Shown here piece by piece: positions 1-12,056 of a stretch of DNA of 64,000 nucleotides. The translations under genes were made by a program, and so were the position numbers. This stretch comes from Diplonema japonicum (taxonomy: Eukaryota > Protista > Euglenozoa: Diplonemea). Location of the stretch: the NCBI GenBank assembly GCA_964019335.1, contig OZ025685.1, positions 248,001 through 312,000 on the forward strand, given 5' to 3'. Every line of letters starts with the position of its first letter. Within the stretch, counting starts at the first letter, position 1. The notes under the pieces are model-generated. The model saw nothing but the letters and a program-made list of their open reading frames with translations, searched no databases and was not told where the DNA came from.

Positions 1-1457
1 GTATCGTCTGGGTGGCGTCCTGGGTCGTGCTCCCCGTTGTTTGATGGGCATCGGACAGTGGCCTATTTCAAGTCGTTGGCTTCGGGGAGTTCTGAAGCTC
101 ACACTCTATCTACTCCGGCTAACTTTCTCTTTGTTGTGTCGAAGCCCGCCGTTCTTTCCGACAATGAATGGTGCCGAGAACCCTCCTTCCGCCCCCGAGG
201 CCCGCATATCGTCACAGACAGGTCTTGTGCGGTGTGTCCTTAAGAGAGCTTAGTTTTTTTTTTTTTTTTTTTTTTTTTCTTTTTTTTTTTGTTGGCCGCT
301 GAGTGTACTCACAGCTTTTTTTTTTCTCCCCTTCCCAGCTACCACCCCGCAGGGATACACTGGCGGAAATGGAAATGAAATGAAATAAAAAATAAATAAA
401 ATAATAAAAAAAAGAAAAGAAAAGGTTCTACATTTCCTGCCCTCTGCTCAGTGTTCTCCTGGTTAAACACTTTATTTTACACTTCTAAAAAGCTAAAAAA
501 AGAAAAAGAAGAAGAAGAAAAAAAAAAAAAAAAAAAAAAAAAAAGGAAAAAACAGAAAGAAGGACAATGTCCTTGCGTTCGCAACTTTTTTTATATTTAA
601 AGTTAAGGCTTACCGGTCGTACGATCCCTTTCTTAGTTTTTTTTTTTTTTTTTTTTATATTTTCTATTCTTTTTTTTAAAGTGAGAGGGGACCATGTGGT
701 TTGCCTTCTCACGGATACGGGGGGAAGGCAAGTGGGCGCACTGTGGTGTCTAGTATTACTAACTACCCAATCTCATGTGTTTTAACCGGGGGGGGGGGGG
801 GGGGGGGGGGGGGGTCATAAGGGGGTCGTTATTTGCCCTTTTTCAGGCTCTTCGCCAAGGGCATTTTGGGCCCTTAAAAAAACTGTAACCACCCCAAAAG
901 TGCCCACAAATCACCCAAACCCCCGTTTCCCGATGGTTTCCGGCCCCAGAAGTGCCCAGAATCATGTTCTAATTTTGGGGCCCCCGTTTGGTACTTCCCT
1001 ATGTAATCCTAGGGGCCCCTATTTATGTTCCCTAGGATTACATAGGGAACATAAAATAGGGGTAACAAAGATCTTCTTCCCCCCCCCCCCCCCTTCTATT
1101 TACACGTATTTTGTCCCCCCCCCTTTCCCTTGTGTAACATGGGGGAGTGGCCTTTTGAAACTCGAAAAGAAAAAAATGAAACAATAAGAAACCCCCCCTT
1201 TTTTTCTCGTCCGCTTGCGGTGACCGGAGCAGGACCCCCCCCCCTCCCCCTCAATAAACAGGGAAGGAGCCATCACGAAGCGCTGCTCAACTTTACAACT
1301 AAAGTAGACAGAATCGTAGAGGGGAAGACGCGAAGCTTATTGTCTTTGGGTTTTTATTTGCCCTGGTGAGCTTTACCCTATTGGAGACCTCCTTGTCGTA
1401 ATAGGCAATCAGCGAGATTCGAGAGGTGATGGTTCCTACCCCCCCCCCCCCCCCCCC

Positions 1458-1542
1458 TAGGGCTACGTTGTCGGCGTACGGCCGAACGTACGCCGTACGC
1501 ACTTTTTCAGATTTTGCTGCGTACGCGTACGCCGTAGCCCTA
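1458..1542. mobile_element. MITE with TAGGGCTACG terminal inverted repeats (hAT-like)
   Basis: Begins TAGGGCTACG and ends CGTAGCCCTA (perfect 10-bp TIR). Several subterminal CGTACG palindromes. Flanked both sides by C8, compatible with but not proof of an 8-bp TSD. Confidence 0.65.
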
Positions 1543-1695
1543 CCCCCCCCGCCCCCTCTTTTAGCCAGCTTACGAATCGAGCATTATTATTGTTTTTTTT
1601 TTTTTTTTTTTCTTTACCTGGTGGCTAAACTGATCTTAAAAACCTTCTTTTTTTTCTTTCTTTTTTTTTTCCTCACCTTATGTTCGAAACCACGA

Positions 1696-1726
<31 letters not shown>

Positions 1727-1864
1727 AAATGATAAAAGAGTCACTTCCCCCCCCCCCCTTCAAATTTACACCACCCCTCTCTTTTTCTGTTTACCTGTTT
1801 TTTTTTTTTTTTTAAACATAATTTTTCAATATCCTGGGGAGGGAGGGTAGGGGGGACAAAAAAA

Positions 1865-4800
1865 ATGCATCAGCTGTCGTCACCTGCAATTATGTCCCCT
1901 ACACTCTCAGGTAAAGAATGGGCGCTCAAACCAACATTCACCGCGGAAGGGAAAACACTGATGGTTTGGGAGACGGAGGGCGTCGAAAAAGAAGACATAA
2001 TTCCAGCCGAAGAAGACATAATTCCAGCCGAAGAAGACGTGCTCGAGACAAGAGACGAAGGAGACATTGTAGCAATAATTGATGCTGGAGAACACTGGGT
2101 GTGCTTGATGGGAAAGGAAAGCGGGCAGTTCAAACTTGAAAACCGCATCTACACAATCGAGAGAAACAGATTCAGAATAATAGGCGGATTGTCACCGGAC
2201 AAAGAATACTCGATATCCGAACCCTCCGGGACGGCCGTTCCATTCCAAACATCCTCTGTAGTGACAATCCACCGTCTCTGCAGTATTGGGCAAACCTTCG
2301 TCCGTTTAAACTGGGTGCACACCGCGGTGTCCAAGTACAGTGCTATCGAAGTTGTTTTGAAAAAGATTACACCGCATGGTGACTCATGGAAATTCTCAAC
2401 AGCAGGAAACCACAGACTGTTCGCTAAGGAAACACCGGTTGTTATTCCAAATCTTGCTATATCCACGGAATACGCTTTAAGGATACGGGCTGTCGTCAGG
2501 CTGCCGACTCAAGTCCATGACGACACCGGTGTCCGCTCGCTTCGGGGTATTTGGACACCTTGGGTGTCTTTTCGAACCCGGTCACCGCCGGTTCTCAAGG
2601 TTATAAAAAAAACAGGGGTTTCAGTGTCAGTGGGATGGTCATGCGCTGCGGAATATCTCATGGCCACACCTGCATCATGGCACGCGATGATCCCCGACGA
2701 CTGCGGGGCCACCTCGTACTCTGTGGATGTCACCGCATCGTGGTCGGACAATCCGGTTACAAAACAACGAAAAGAAGCGGTGCTGAAGGAATTGGTGGAC
2801 GTAGATATGTCAGTAAGCCCTGATGCATCAGACGACGATTTTCACGAAAAGATGAACAAGGACAGAAAGAGACAGGCGGGGCAGGAACGACAGGAGAAGA
2901 TCGACGCACTGGAAACACTCCTCAGCGTTGAATACGGAACCGATATTTTTTATAGAGACCGGCAATCCGTGCCCTGCACGAAATCCATTGCAACGTTCAA
3001 CGGGCTGGAACCCAATCTTACATACGAAGCACTGCTTAAGATAGTCAACGACACACAAGGTTCCGACGTAGCTCGCGTCTCCTTCAAGACCACTGGTGGA
3101 CGGAACATCCATCCCGACTCAAGGGACATTAAAGAATTATTCGAGGCTGCGTTCAAGACAAAGACAGAAAAGCGAGACGATTCAGAGTTAGACGCCCTTG
3201 ACGAAAAGGCTTCAAATGAGGACCTCGACGACAGCCGCGTGCTTGGCGTTGAAGGTCATGACAGCCAGGACCTCACCTCCCATCTGAACCCCGCCCGGTA
3301 CATCACCATCACACGCTTGACAGAGACGTCAGTTTCATTCGAATGGACGAACTACGACACGGAGCGTGAAATAGAACTTCGCAATCTACTCGAACCCACA
3401 CTTGACTATGCGATAATTCAATCTGATTCTTCATCAGTATCTGACTTTTCATGTGAGAATGATGGATCTCATGATGAAGTCAATGACCAGTGTACTCTCC
3501 CCAACCTCATCTCCCTGCCCGCCATCAAGAGGGAGGGTATTGACGACACCCATATGAGCAGTGGGTGCATGCAGGAGCTTAACGCGATCGAAGCTGAAAA
3601 ACAGAAGCTGAACGCGCTTCAACAACGAGAGATGAAGATCACCTACACGATACAGCTTCTCCAGCTTGAACCTCACGAAGAGCTTGCTCCCCACGATTGG
3701 GTCACAGAGGTCGTGGCAGAACCAACGAACCCTGACGAGAACGGTGGCCTCGCCCAGACCGCAGATGCAACCAATGCAACCGAGCTGATCACAACTGATT
3801 TCAACTCCATGCTGAATGGGCTGCAAGGGGGGGTACGGTACGCCATTAAAATCGCGTGTCAGCTGCCCGAAGGCTGGTCAGCCTTCTCAAAGATAACATA
3901 CTTTACCACTGCAGCGCCGCCTGTGTGCGTCGTCAAGACTCTTCAAGACTCGCCTCACCACCTGAACCAGGTGTACGTTTACCCGAAACCGACAAACCTT
4001 GAGCGGTATGAGAAGGCGGCCACCAGAATGCTCGAGCGACACAACTTCACATGCTACCATGACCCCGCGTACATGGTCAGGCTCACTAACATCGCAGGCG
4101 AGAATGTGTACCATCGGTTTTTCGCGTCGAGCACGCACTTTGCAGTTACTAGCACCGGTACTAAGACCAACGTAGGCTTCCCTGTGACCCTCTTCGAGCC
4201 AGGGAGCTATACGCGGATATCAATCCGCATGAGCCTCCCCGGCAAGCACAGCAAGAGTCTGTCTGACGACGAGTGGACCGGGTGGTCGAAGCCGCTGTAC
4301 GTTGCGCAGCGGTTCATCCCCATCACTGTGGTGGACATCGGAATGGGGTGGGTTTCGCTGAGCTGGAAGACACAAGCTGTGAGGAACCAAAACACAACAA
4401 CAACGCTATCGAACGTGGTGTTGCAGGTGAGGTCTGCCTTAAACACCACGACGATAGCAATTTGGTGCCCAGAAGCGGAAGAGGGGAAGGAAGACGGTGT
4501 CGCAACGATAAATGATCTGGGGTATGAACGATACAGAATATACCTGGTTGGGACCGAGTATTGCGACGAGGACAAGGCGGCCGCGATGTCCGTGGTGGGC
4601 TCCTCATGGGACGAGAAGTTCTCTGCGGTGGCGTTGGTGCGGAGGTTCGACCCGCTGCTGTCGAAGATCGGCGAAGACTTCATCGAGCTGTACTGCGTCC
4701 AGAGCGACGCCGACAACTTCATAACAGACGATGACGGGGTGGCCGTCCCACAGGACATAGGTGAACTAGACCGCGGACAAGTTGCCGAGATGTGCCACCT

Positions 4801-7800
4801 TCTTCGGCTCCTCGAAGACGGCCAAAAGAAGCCCGACCACTGCCAGAACGCGCGTGACATCAACCTCTTTGAGGTCAGCATCTGCGACAAATTCAGCGGC
4901 CTAGAACCCATTAACGTCACATTCTCCCCCACCGCGCTTCTCTCCGGCAACATCAGTGACCTCCAGTCTGCAACCGTGTACACCATCACCCTTCGCCCCC
5001 AGCTCATCAGTGGCGGCAGATTCCATTGGGGCCAGTGGAGCCAGCCTGTACAGTTCTGCACGATGAGCCCGATCGAGCTGAATCTGCGACACGTTGGTGA
5101 AGATTTCATCGAGGTGTGGTGGGACAGACCGTTCCCTTACCAGATAGGCAAGAAAGTGCTGACAAGGGAAGACCATCAGAGACGCCTCATGATGCGATCC
5201 GAGGCCCCGCCTGTCTCGCCTGTGCCAGACTCCTCGAAGACGAAGCGCGTTTCGATAAACCCGTTGAACCTGATGGAACAAACGGAGCACGCATACATAG
5301 ATAAGGTGTACGACTTCCATTTAGGGTACGAGCTGTCGGTGTTCCATGAGAAGCCTCGCGAAGAGCGGGAGGAAGCCCCTGCGAAGGAAGTGGCACCGCC
5401 GCCAGTGCCAAAGCCCGAAACGATTAAGCTGAAGAATACCGAGGTGTTCCATGTGTTGCGTGACCTGAAACCGGGGACAAAATATAAGCTCAAGATCCGT
5501 CAGGAGGCATCAAAGTCGGATGGCACGGTGCAGCAGTTCAGTGCGGCATCCAACTGTCTTGCAGTGTGGACGGCACCGATACCGACAGCTTCGGTTAATG
5601 AGGTGGGGGAAACAAGCTGCAGGGTTGTCATATCGAAGTCGACGGAAAGTGTTGCGAGATTGGAACAGCTGGACCCCACAGACACAACGGAGTGCCCTAC
5701 CGTGCAGCAGCTGGACGAAGTGTCAATAACAGCTTTCCAGATCCGTGTGATTCCCCACTTTTCCGTGTTCAGAAAGTACATCTTTCACCAACCACTGGTT
5801 CCCCCTCTTTGTGCGAACCACACCCACCCATGCCAAGAGGAACGATACAAGTCTAAAATCGAGAGGTTCAACGAAAATTGCACCGATATTGTCCCAAAAG
5901 CAGACGAGGACCTCTACCGTTCAGACGACACGTGGCCGTTGATATACAAGTATGCGTGTGACCTGTCGAACCTTCCATATGAAGGTGCAGGCGGGTTTGA
6001 CGGGTGCTACGTTGCGAACATGCTGCCCAACCCTGACGGTGTGTACCGGTTGATGTCGCTGATGCCTGACTCAAGGTACGCGGTGATGGTGCGGAGGATC
6101 ATCTCCGATAGGCTGTGCGGCAAGTGGTCTGTCGTCACCACCTTTGTGACACAGGCACTCATCGTTACCACTCCAGAGGCTGTCGCTGAGACATATGCGG
6201 GCATCAACTGGAGCAGAATGGAGAGCACCGAAGGCGCGGAACATGAAGATAATGCGCTCGATGCCCCTCAGTACTGTTCGTCGAGCAGGGTTACTGGCTG
6301 GCAGATATTTATATCAGGGATGCTTCCCGTCGATGCCGACGACCCTGCCCCTACCGGAATGAAAGATCAGCAACAGTTGATTTCCGTGCCTGCTAACTCA
6401 GACAGCTATGTCTTCCCGCACCTCCTACCCGAGTCGGTCTACGTTGTCAAGGTGCGTGCGTTTTACAAACAGCGAGAGGACCCTTGGTCCGTGTGGAGTA
6501 CTGAGATAATCATCCACACTAAACCGCCATTGCTCCTTACCGTGCACGGTATGGGGACTACCTTTTGCAGCATCGAGTGCAAGAGAGACGGCAGTGAACG
6601 TGTGGACGAGATCTATGAGCTACGTGTGCTCGATACGCAGGACGAAGGGTGGAGCAGGTCCCTCACGACGAACGACCAGTCGTTGATCCCTGAAACGTCG
6701 ACGCCGCCTATCACTATCCACGAGACCAAAAAAGAAGGACATGTGTCGATAAGGGGCCTTGTTTATGGTAAACGGTACGTCGCCTTGGCGCGTGTCGCGG
6801 ACCAGGGGATGCTGAACAGGTGGAGCGTGATGCGCATGTTCGAGACGCAGCACCCTCCAGAGGTGCGCATCGTCTGTGTCAACGAAAACGACGTCCTTCT
6901 AGAAATACGGAACAACAGCAGCACCGTCTACCGTGTCTCCGCCAATGGAAGGATCCTCATAAAGGAGTTCAGACAAGTCGGTTCAGTAATGACACTGCTT
7001 CTGAAGGGCCTCACCCTAAACCAAGAGTACTGTTTGCGGACGGCAGAATTGATCAACAAGAACGGGGCCGAAGTAGAGTGGGCGAAGTGGGCGGATTTTG
7101 TGGAGATCAGGACGACTCCCCAGAGACCTTCGGTCCCTATGTTGTACGAGGCAAGGAAAGGAGTGGCAACGTTCTTTTGGAAGCTTGAGGACGTGCTGGA
7201 TATTGTGAACCAGACAAATCCTGCGGCCCCGACGTCCTCATATGCTGAGAACTCGCGTCGGCACTTGGCGTTTATTTACGACAACGAAGCAGAGGATGCA
7301 ACGGAGGAAACGAAGAAAGTAGTGGCAGATTTGGTGGCGGTGTATAACCCTGATGCGGAGTTGGTGGACAACTCGAGCGAGGCGTTGTCACTGTCTGGCT
7401 TTGGGGAGAAGAAGTTGGAGTTCTGTGTAGAAGCCGCACGACGTGTGGAAGGCCTAACTCAGCACGACCATTTGTTCACAACATGGACCAGAATCGGGTC
7501 GATCCCTGCGCCGTTCTGCAGGCTGAAGCTTGACGGCCCTCTTGAGAGTTATTGCTTCCGCCTCCGAACAGCGTATACCGACGGGGAGCAGCACCTAGTG
7601 TCGCGTCCGTCGCCTGTGTTTGGCTTCAGTCCCCCGCAAGTCCCGAAGGCTGTCACGTCGGTTACAGTCTGCGACATCCTGCACACATCTGCGCTGGTTC
7701 GGTGGGACGCACCGCCTGACATTCGCATTCACAACCAAGTTTATTACAGTGTGTTTGTTATGAGGACGGACGCAAGAGTGAAGGAAACTTGGAATGAGGC

Positions 7801-8413
7801 AGCAAGAGTGCGTGTTGAGGGGTACTTCCTGACAGACCTCGCAATGTGCACGTCATACAAGGTGAAGATACGGTGCAATTCGAGCTTCGGGAGTGGGTGT
7901 TGGAGCAACAGTGTGTCTTTTCACACGCAAAGCCGCGCATCTGGGGCCGGGCTAGAGGCTAGGTTCACAGGAGGTGTGGACCTTAACGATGTGCGGTCGG
8001 TATGGAGGCCCAACGACCAATGTTGGCCTTTCCCTAACAAATCTGAGTGCGATGCGACACCCTTCCCTTACGAGACGCCATTTCATATGTACCACAAAGG
8101 TGTCATCCGGCGGTGGGCAAGTAGTGAGGCAGACCAATGGGCTTTCACACTGAGCGTGCCTCAGCAAGGGGTGCCATATGTGTCAGAGGCCCGGCCCCAC
8201 CAGTCATTTTCACCCCCGTTGAACCTTCTGAGAAGGCATACTGCGACTCCTCAGCTGTTCCCAGTGACCCCTGCCGTCTTGATACCGAAGCGGCCTTCCT
8301 CTGCGGGGGCTGCGAGAAGATCAAGTCGGAATTACACTTCCCCTGTCAATGACGACACCAACGAACCCACCGAACTTGCGTTCCGGTTCAAAAGCACCCC
8401 GCCTTTAATGTAA
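1865..8413 (+). CDS. Large multi-fibronectin type III domain protein (2182 aa)
   Basis: Uninterrupted ORF with recurring FN3 signatures (e.g. LQGGVRYAIKI...WS, LKPGTKYKLKIR, LLPESVYVVKVRA...WS, LAMCTSYKVKIRC...G.WS). No signal peptide or TM seen. 21-nt tandem duplication (EDIIPAE x2) near 1991-2035. Confidence 0.8.
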   Translation: MHQLSSPAIMSPTLSGKEWALKPTFTAEGKTLMVWETEGVEKEDIIPAEEDIIPAEEDVLETRDEGDIVAIIDAGEHWVCLMGKESGQFKLENRIYTIERNRFRIIGGLSPDKEYSISEPSGTAVPFQTSSVVTIHRLCSIGQTFVRLNWVHTAVSKYSAIEVVLKKITPHGDSWKFSTAGNHRLFAKETPVVIPNLAISTEYALRIRAVVRLPTQVHDDTGVRSLRGIWTPWVSFRTRSPPVLKVIKKTGVSVSVGWSCAAEYLMATPASWHAMIPDDCGATSYSVDVTASWSDNPVTKQRKEAVLKELVDVDMSVSPDASDDDFHEKMNKDRKRQAGQERQEKIDALETLLSVEYGTDIFYRDRQSVPCTKSIATFNGLEPNLTYEALLKIVNDTQGSDVARVSFKTTGGRNIHPDSRDIKELFEAAFKTKTEKRDDSELDALDEKASNEDLDDSRVLGVEGHDSQDLTSHLNPARYITITRLTETSVSFEWTNYDTEREIELRNLLEPTLDYAIIQSDSSSVSDFSCENDGSHDEVNDQCTLPNLISLPAIKREGIDDTHMSSGCMQELNAIEAEKQKLNALQQREMKITYTIQLLQLEPHEELAPHDWVTEVVAEPTNPDENGGLAQTADATNATELITTDFNSMLNGLQGGVRYAIKIACQLPEGWSAFSKITYFTTAAPPVCVVKTLQDSPHHLNQVYVYPKPTNLERYEKAATRMLERHNFTCYHDPAYMVRLTNIAGENVYHRFFASSTHFAVTSTGTKTNVGFPVTLFEPGSYTRISIRMSLPGKHSKSLSDDEWTGWSKPLYVAQRFIPITVVDIGMGWVSLSWKTQAVRNQNTTTTLSNVVLQVRSALNTTTIAIWCPEAEEGKEDGVATINDLGYERYRIYLVGTEYCDEDKAAAMSVVGSSWDEKFSAVALVRRFDPLLSKIGEDFIELYCVQSDADNFITDDDGVAVPQDIGELDRGQVAEMCHLLRLLEDGQKKPDHCQNARDINLFEVSICDKFSGLEPINVTFSPTALLSGNISDLQSATVYTITLRPQLISGGRFHWGQWSQPVQFCTMSPIELNLRHVGEDFIEVWWDRPFPYQIGKKVLTREDHQRRLMMRSEAPPVSPVPDSSKTKRVSINPLNLMEQTEHAYIDKVYDFHLGYELSVFHEKPREEREEAPAKEVAPPPVPKPETIKLKNTEVFHVLRDLKPGTKYKLKIRQEASKSDGTVQQFSAASNCLAVWTAPIPTASVNEVGETSCRVVISKSTESVARLEQLDPTDTTECPTVQQLDEVSITAFQIRVIPHFSVFRKYIFHQPLVPPLCANHTHPCQEERYKSKIERFNENCTDIVPKADEDLYRSDDTWPLIYKYACDLSNLPYEGAGGFDGCYVANMLPNPDGVYRLMSLMPDSRYAVMVRRIISDRLCGKWSVVTTFVTQALIVTTPEAVAETYAGINWSRMESTEGAEHEDNALDAPQYCSSSRVTGWQIFISGMLPVDADDPAPTGMKDQQQLISVPANSDSYVFPHLLPESVYVVKVRAFYKQREDPWSVWSTEIIIHTKPPLLLTVHGMGTTFCSIECKRDGSERVDEIYELRVLDTQDEGWSRSLTTNDQSLIPETSTPPITIHETKKEGHVSIRGLVYGKRYVALARVADQGMLNRWSVMRMFETQHPPEVRIVCVNENDVLLEIRNNSSTVYRVSANGRILIKEFRQVGSVMTLLLKGLTLNQEYCLRTAELINKNGAEVEWAKWADFVEIRTTPQRPSVPMLYEARKGVATFFWKLEDVLDIVNQTNPAAPTSSYAENSRRHLAFIYDNEAEDATEETKKVVADLVAVYNPDAELVDNSSEALSLSGFGEKKLEFCVEAARRVEGLTQHDHLFTTWTRIGSIPAPFCRLKLDGPLESYCFRLRTAYTDGEQHLVSRPSPVFGFSPPQVPKAVTSVTVCDILHTSALVRWDAPPDIRIHNQVYYSVFVMRTDARVKETWNEAARVRVEGYFLTDLAMCTSYKVKIRCNSSFGSGCWSNSVSFHTQSRASGAGLEARFTGGVDLNDVRSVWRPNDQCWPFPNKSECDATPFPYETPFHMYHKGVIRRWASSEADQWAFTLSVPQQGVPYVSEARPHQSFSPPLNLLRRHTATPQLFPVTPAVLIPKRPSSAGAARRSSRNYTSPVNDDTNEPTELAFRFKSTPPLM

Positions 8414-8568
8414 GATGGAGAGGGGAAAGAAAAAAAAAGAAGGTTTTTTTACAGAAGCCACGTGAACTTAGATTTTTCTTAAGAGCCGCGCTTCGCAGCG
8501 GTACATTTTTTCCCCCCTTTATCTGCGTTGCAGCCCTAACCTACCCCCCCCTTCAGATTTTGAGAAAC

Positions 8569-10303
8569 ATGTCGCTGACGCAGATATTGCTGGATGCCCA
8601 AGATCAGGGTGTCGATGGTACGAAGAGGAACAGGGCCATGGTGATGATCCAGGATGCCGAGAAGGGTAATATCGAGAACTACATCGGGTCATTGATGCAG
8701 GAGTTGGGGGACGAGTCGAAGCCCGAGGGCAGCAGAGTGCTTGCGGGGACGCTGCTGAAAAACACAATGTCGAGCAATGACATGGCGAAGAGGGAAGAGC
8801 TCGCAAAGAGATGGCTGGGAGTCAGGACGGAGACCCGACAGGAAGTGAAGAACATGGTGCTCGCAACGTTGTCATCACCGAAGAAGCACGCAAGAGTAGT
8901 GGCAGCCACAGTAGCAGCTCACATCGCACGAGTAGAGCTCCCCGTGGGGCAGTGGCAGGACTTTGTCCCGCAGCTCTGCGGAGTAGCCGTTCAAACCGCG
9001 AACCCAAACCAACGAGAAGCCTCTCTCATGTGCATTGGATACCTGTGCGAGGAGTGCGACCATGAGTACCTCCTCAGGTTCTCAGGTAACGTCGTGCAAT
9101 CCGTCTACACCGCGATGAACGACACAACTCCGAGCATCCGTCTTGAAGGCACCAAGGCCCTCGCCAACTCCTTCGAGTTCATCGGCGGAGCCATGGACGA
9201 CGAGAAGCAGCGTGGACACCTCTTGCAGGTTATCTGCGAGACAGCATCGAGAACCCACGAGCCCGTTGCCAACAAGGAAACCCGTGAGGTCGCCATGGAG
9301 TGTCTTGTCAAGCTCGTTATGCTGTACTACGATAAGATCGGGCCCTACATGCAGGCGCTGTTCACGCTGACCTGCGAGGCTGTTCAACAGGACGAGGAAG
9401 AGGTTGCCCTCCAAGGCCTTGAGTTCTGGACGTCGATGTGCGAAGTGGAGCAGGAGCTTATAGACATTGCTGCCAACAACATCCCGTCAGAGGAAGACAT
9501 GAAGTGTGCGTACTACGTAAAGGGTGCAACGAAGTTCCTGATCCCCATCATCTGGGACTGCCTCTTGAAGCAAGACGAGCACGCCGGTGAAGACGACTGG
9601 AACATCTGCTTCGCAGGAGGCACTTGCCTCCAGGCAATCAGTGCCACCATCGGTGACCCGATCGTCGAGGCCGTCATGCCCCTCGTCCTGCAGAATTTCG
9701 AGAACCCCGATTGGCGCAGCATGGAGGCTGCAACCCTTGCCTTCGGGTCCATTCTGGAGGGCACCACGACAGCAGGCCCGCTCGGTACCCACCTCACCGC
9801 GAGCATTCAGTCCCTGTTGAGTCATATGGCGCATCCCAACCATCTTATCAAGGAATCAACTGCATGGTGCATCGGTAGAATGGCGGAATTCCACGTTGAA
9901 GCTATCAAAGCTCATTGCCTGCAGCCTGTCTTGGAATGCATGCTCGTCACATTGAAGGACCCCGAGCCCCGCATCGCCGCAAAGGGCTGCTACGCGATTC
10001 TTCACATCGCGCAGGGCTGCGGGGGGTGGGCCGACGAGGACGCCACCAACCACATGTCACCCTTTTTCACGAAGACAGCGGAGGACCTACTGGCGGTGGT
10101 CGACAGGCAGGACGGCACCCAAGCTGGGCTGAGGAGCTGTGCGTGGGAAGCTCTCGGCGCGCTGGTGGGCTGCTGCGCAAACGACTGCTTGCATGTCGTG
10201 GAGACCCTTCTCCCCGTGCTTATCGGGAGACTGGAACAAACGCTGACGTACCAACCCACTGACGAGAACATGAACAAGCAGGTGTGCATAGATACAAATG
10301 GGT

Positions 10304-10369
<66 letters not shown>

Positions 10370-10545
10370 AGGTGAACGACATGCAAGGGCTGCTGTGTGG
10401 GCTGCTGCACTTCGTGTGCAGGAAGCTGAAGGAGAACATCGCACCATTTGCCGACCGCTTGATGCACGCTATCATGGCACTGCTGTCGAAGGACAGCACG
10501 ACGGTATGGTGGTGGGGGTAACAGGGTTTTAAGAATCATTCACAA

Positions 10546-10580
<35 letters not shown>

Positions 10581-11137
10581 TGCAAGAAGAGGCGTTCATG
10601 GCTGTAGGGGCCGTTGCGAACGCTCTTGATAAAGATTTTGTGAAGTATCTGAAGCCATTCTTCCCCCTCTTGAAGTTGGGGTTGGAAAACGTCGAAGCGC
10701 CGTCCGTGTGCAGCATTGCCGTGGGCACTCTCAGCGACGTGCTGTCCGCAGTGACGGTAGACATCGCACTTTACTGCGATGACCTGATGATGGCCCTGCT
10801 GCAAGGCCTCAGCAACGGAAACATGGACAAGGACGTGAAGCCCGCCATCATCTCCACCTTCGGTGACGTGGCACTGAACATCGAGGAGAATTTCGAGAAG
10901 TACCTGCCCGTCGTTATGAATGTGATAGGGGTTGCGGGGAACAAGGTCCAGGAAGAGGTGGTCAAAGACCGTGAGTGCGAGGAGTGGGTATTAAAAAAAA
11001 AAAAATAATAAAATAAAAAAAAGAGAATGTACCAAGACGAAATGCGAGAACACATCTGTTCCGGGTACACCGGGATCTTGATGGGTCTTAAGAAGAAGAA
11101 GAGCCATGTGTTCAAGCAATACGTTGAGCAGGTATGG

Positions 11138-11175
<38 letters not shown>

Positions 11176-11396
11176 TGGTCGCCACCCTTAACCACATTGC
11201 TGCCGACCGAGAGAGTCTTCCCGCGGCCACGTACTGCAATGCGATTTCCTTGGTAGGCGATCTCATCAACGTTTACGGTCCTCCCGTCAAGGATATGTTT
11301 TCGCCAGCCATGGGCCAAATGATAAATGAGGGCGCTATGCATGAAGATGATAGTGTGAAAGAGGCGGCCCAGTGGGCGCTCTCTATGGCCAAGTGA
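8569..11396 (+). CDS. KPNB1: Importin subunit beta-1 (karyopherin beta), 5 exons
   Basis: IBN_N and HEAT motifs (LAGTLLKN, EEEVALQGLEFWTSMCEVE, EDDWN, EAATLAFGSILEG, VQEEAFMAVGAVANAL, VKPAIISTFGDVAL). Introns 10282-10371, 10504-10579, 10988-11023, 11132-11174 (all GT-AG) give one continuous frame ending TGA at 11396. Confidence 0.93.
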
Positions 11397-12012
11397 ATTC
11401 CCCCCCCCTCCCCACATTTTTACCCCCTTTTATTTATTTATTTTTTTTCATCAATCTATCACGTTCTTTTTTTTCACACCCCTCTCCCGTTCTCCTTGTT
11501 TATCAAAATGCTTCCCCACGTTCCCAATTTGTTTCGTTTCAAAGGAAATGAAGAGGGAAGTGGGGGGGGGGGGGGGAGGGGGATATTTAAGAATTTTAAT
11601 TAAAATTAGAAAGAGGTGGGGGGAAGGAAGAAGTAAGCTGTGCCCTACTTCGAGTGCCCTCCCCTCCCCCCCATGTAAATTAGCTTTCCTTTTTTTGGTG
11701 GGGTTGCTAATAACTTCACTTTTTTCTTCCCCCCTTGTTTTTTTTTTACAGTGTAACCCCCTGGTTAATTTCTTTTTTTATACCCCGCTACTAGAGGTTA
11801 TTTTAAGAATACTGAATCTTTTTAAAGAAGGGGGGGAGAAAAAAAAACAAAAACAACTGACCCTTTTGTACATTGCATCTGTACCCATTCTTTTTTTTTT
11901 TTCTATTTCCACCCAAAGGGATCCCGGTTCTTATATTTTTTTTTTTTCCCTTTTTTTTTGTACCCTTAGAGACATGGACAGGGAGGAAAAGTACAGGGGG
12001 AGCAGCAAGAGT

Positions 12013-12056
<44 letters not shown>

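Noticed and set aside
1-253. Possible 3' end of an upstream gene
   Set aside because: Two frames are open and a third ends at 44. No recognisable motif, so no call is made.
1376-1410. GACCTCCTTGTC resembling an HDV P3/L3
   Set aside because: Simple hairpin with no room for P2 and no J4/2.
485-1698. Poly-Phe/poly-Lys/poly-Pro ORFs here and in all spacers
   Set aside because: They are translations of homopolymer runs, not genes.
4207-5109. Long minus-strand ORFs (also 20873-22147, 34246-35364)
   Set aside because: Antisense shadows of GC-rich or repetitive + strand genes, with no motifs.
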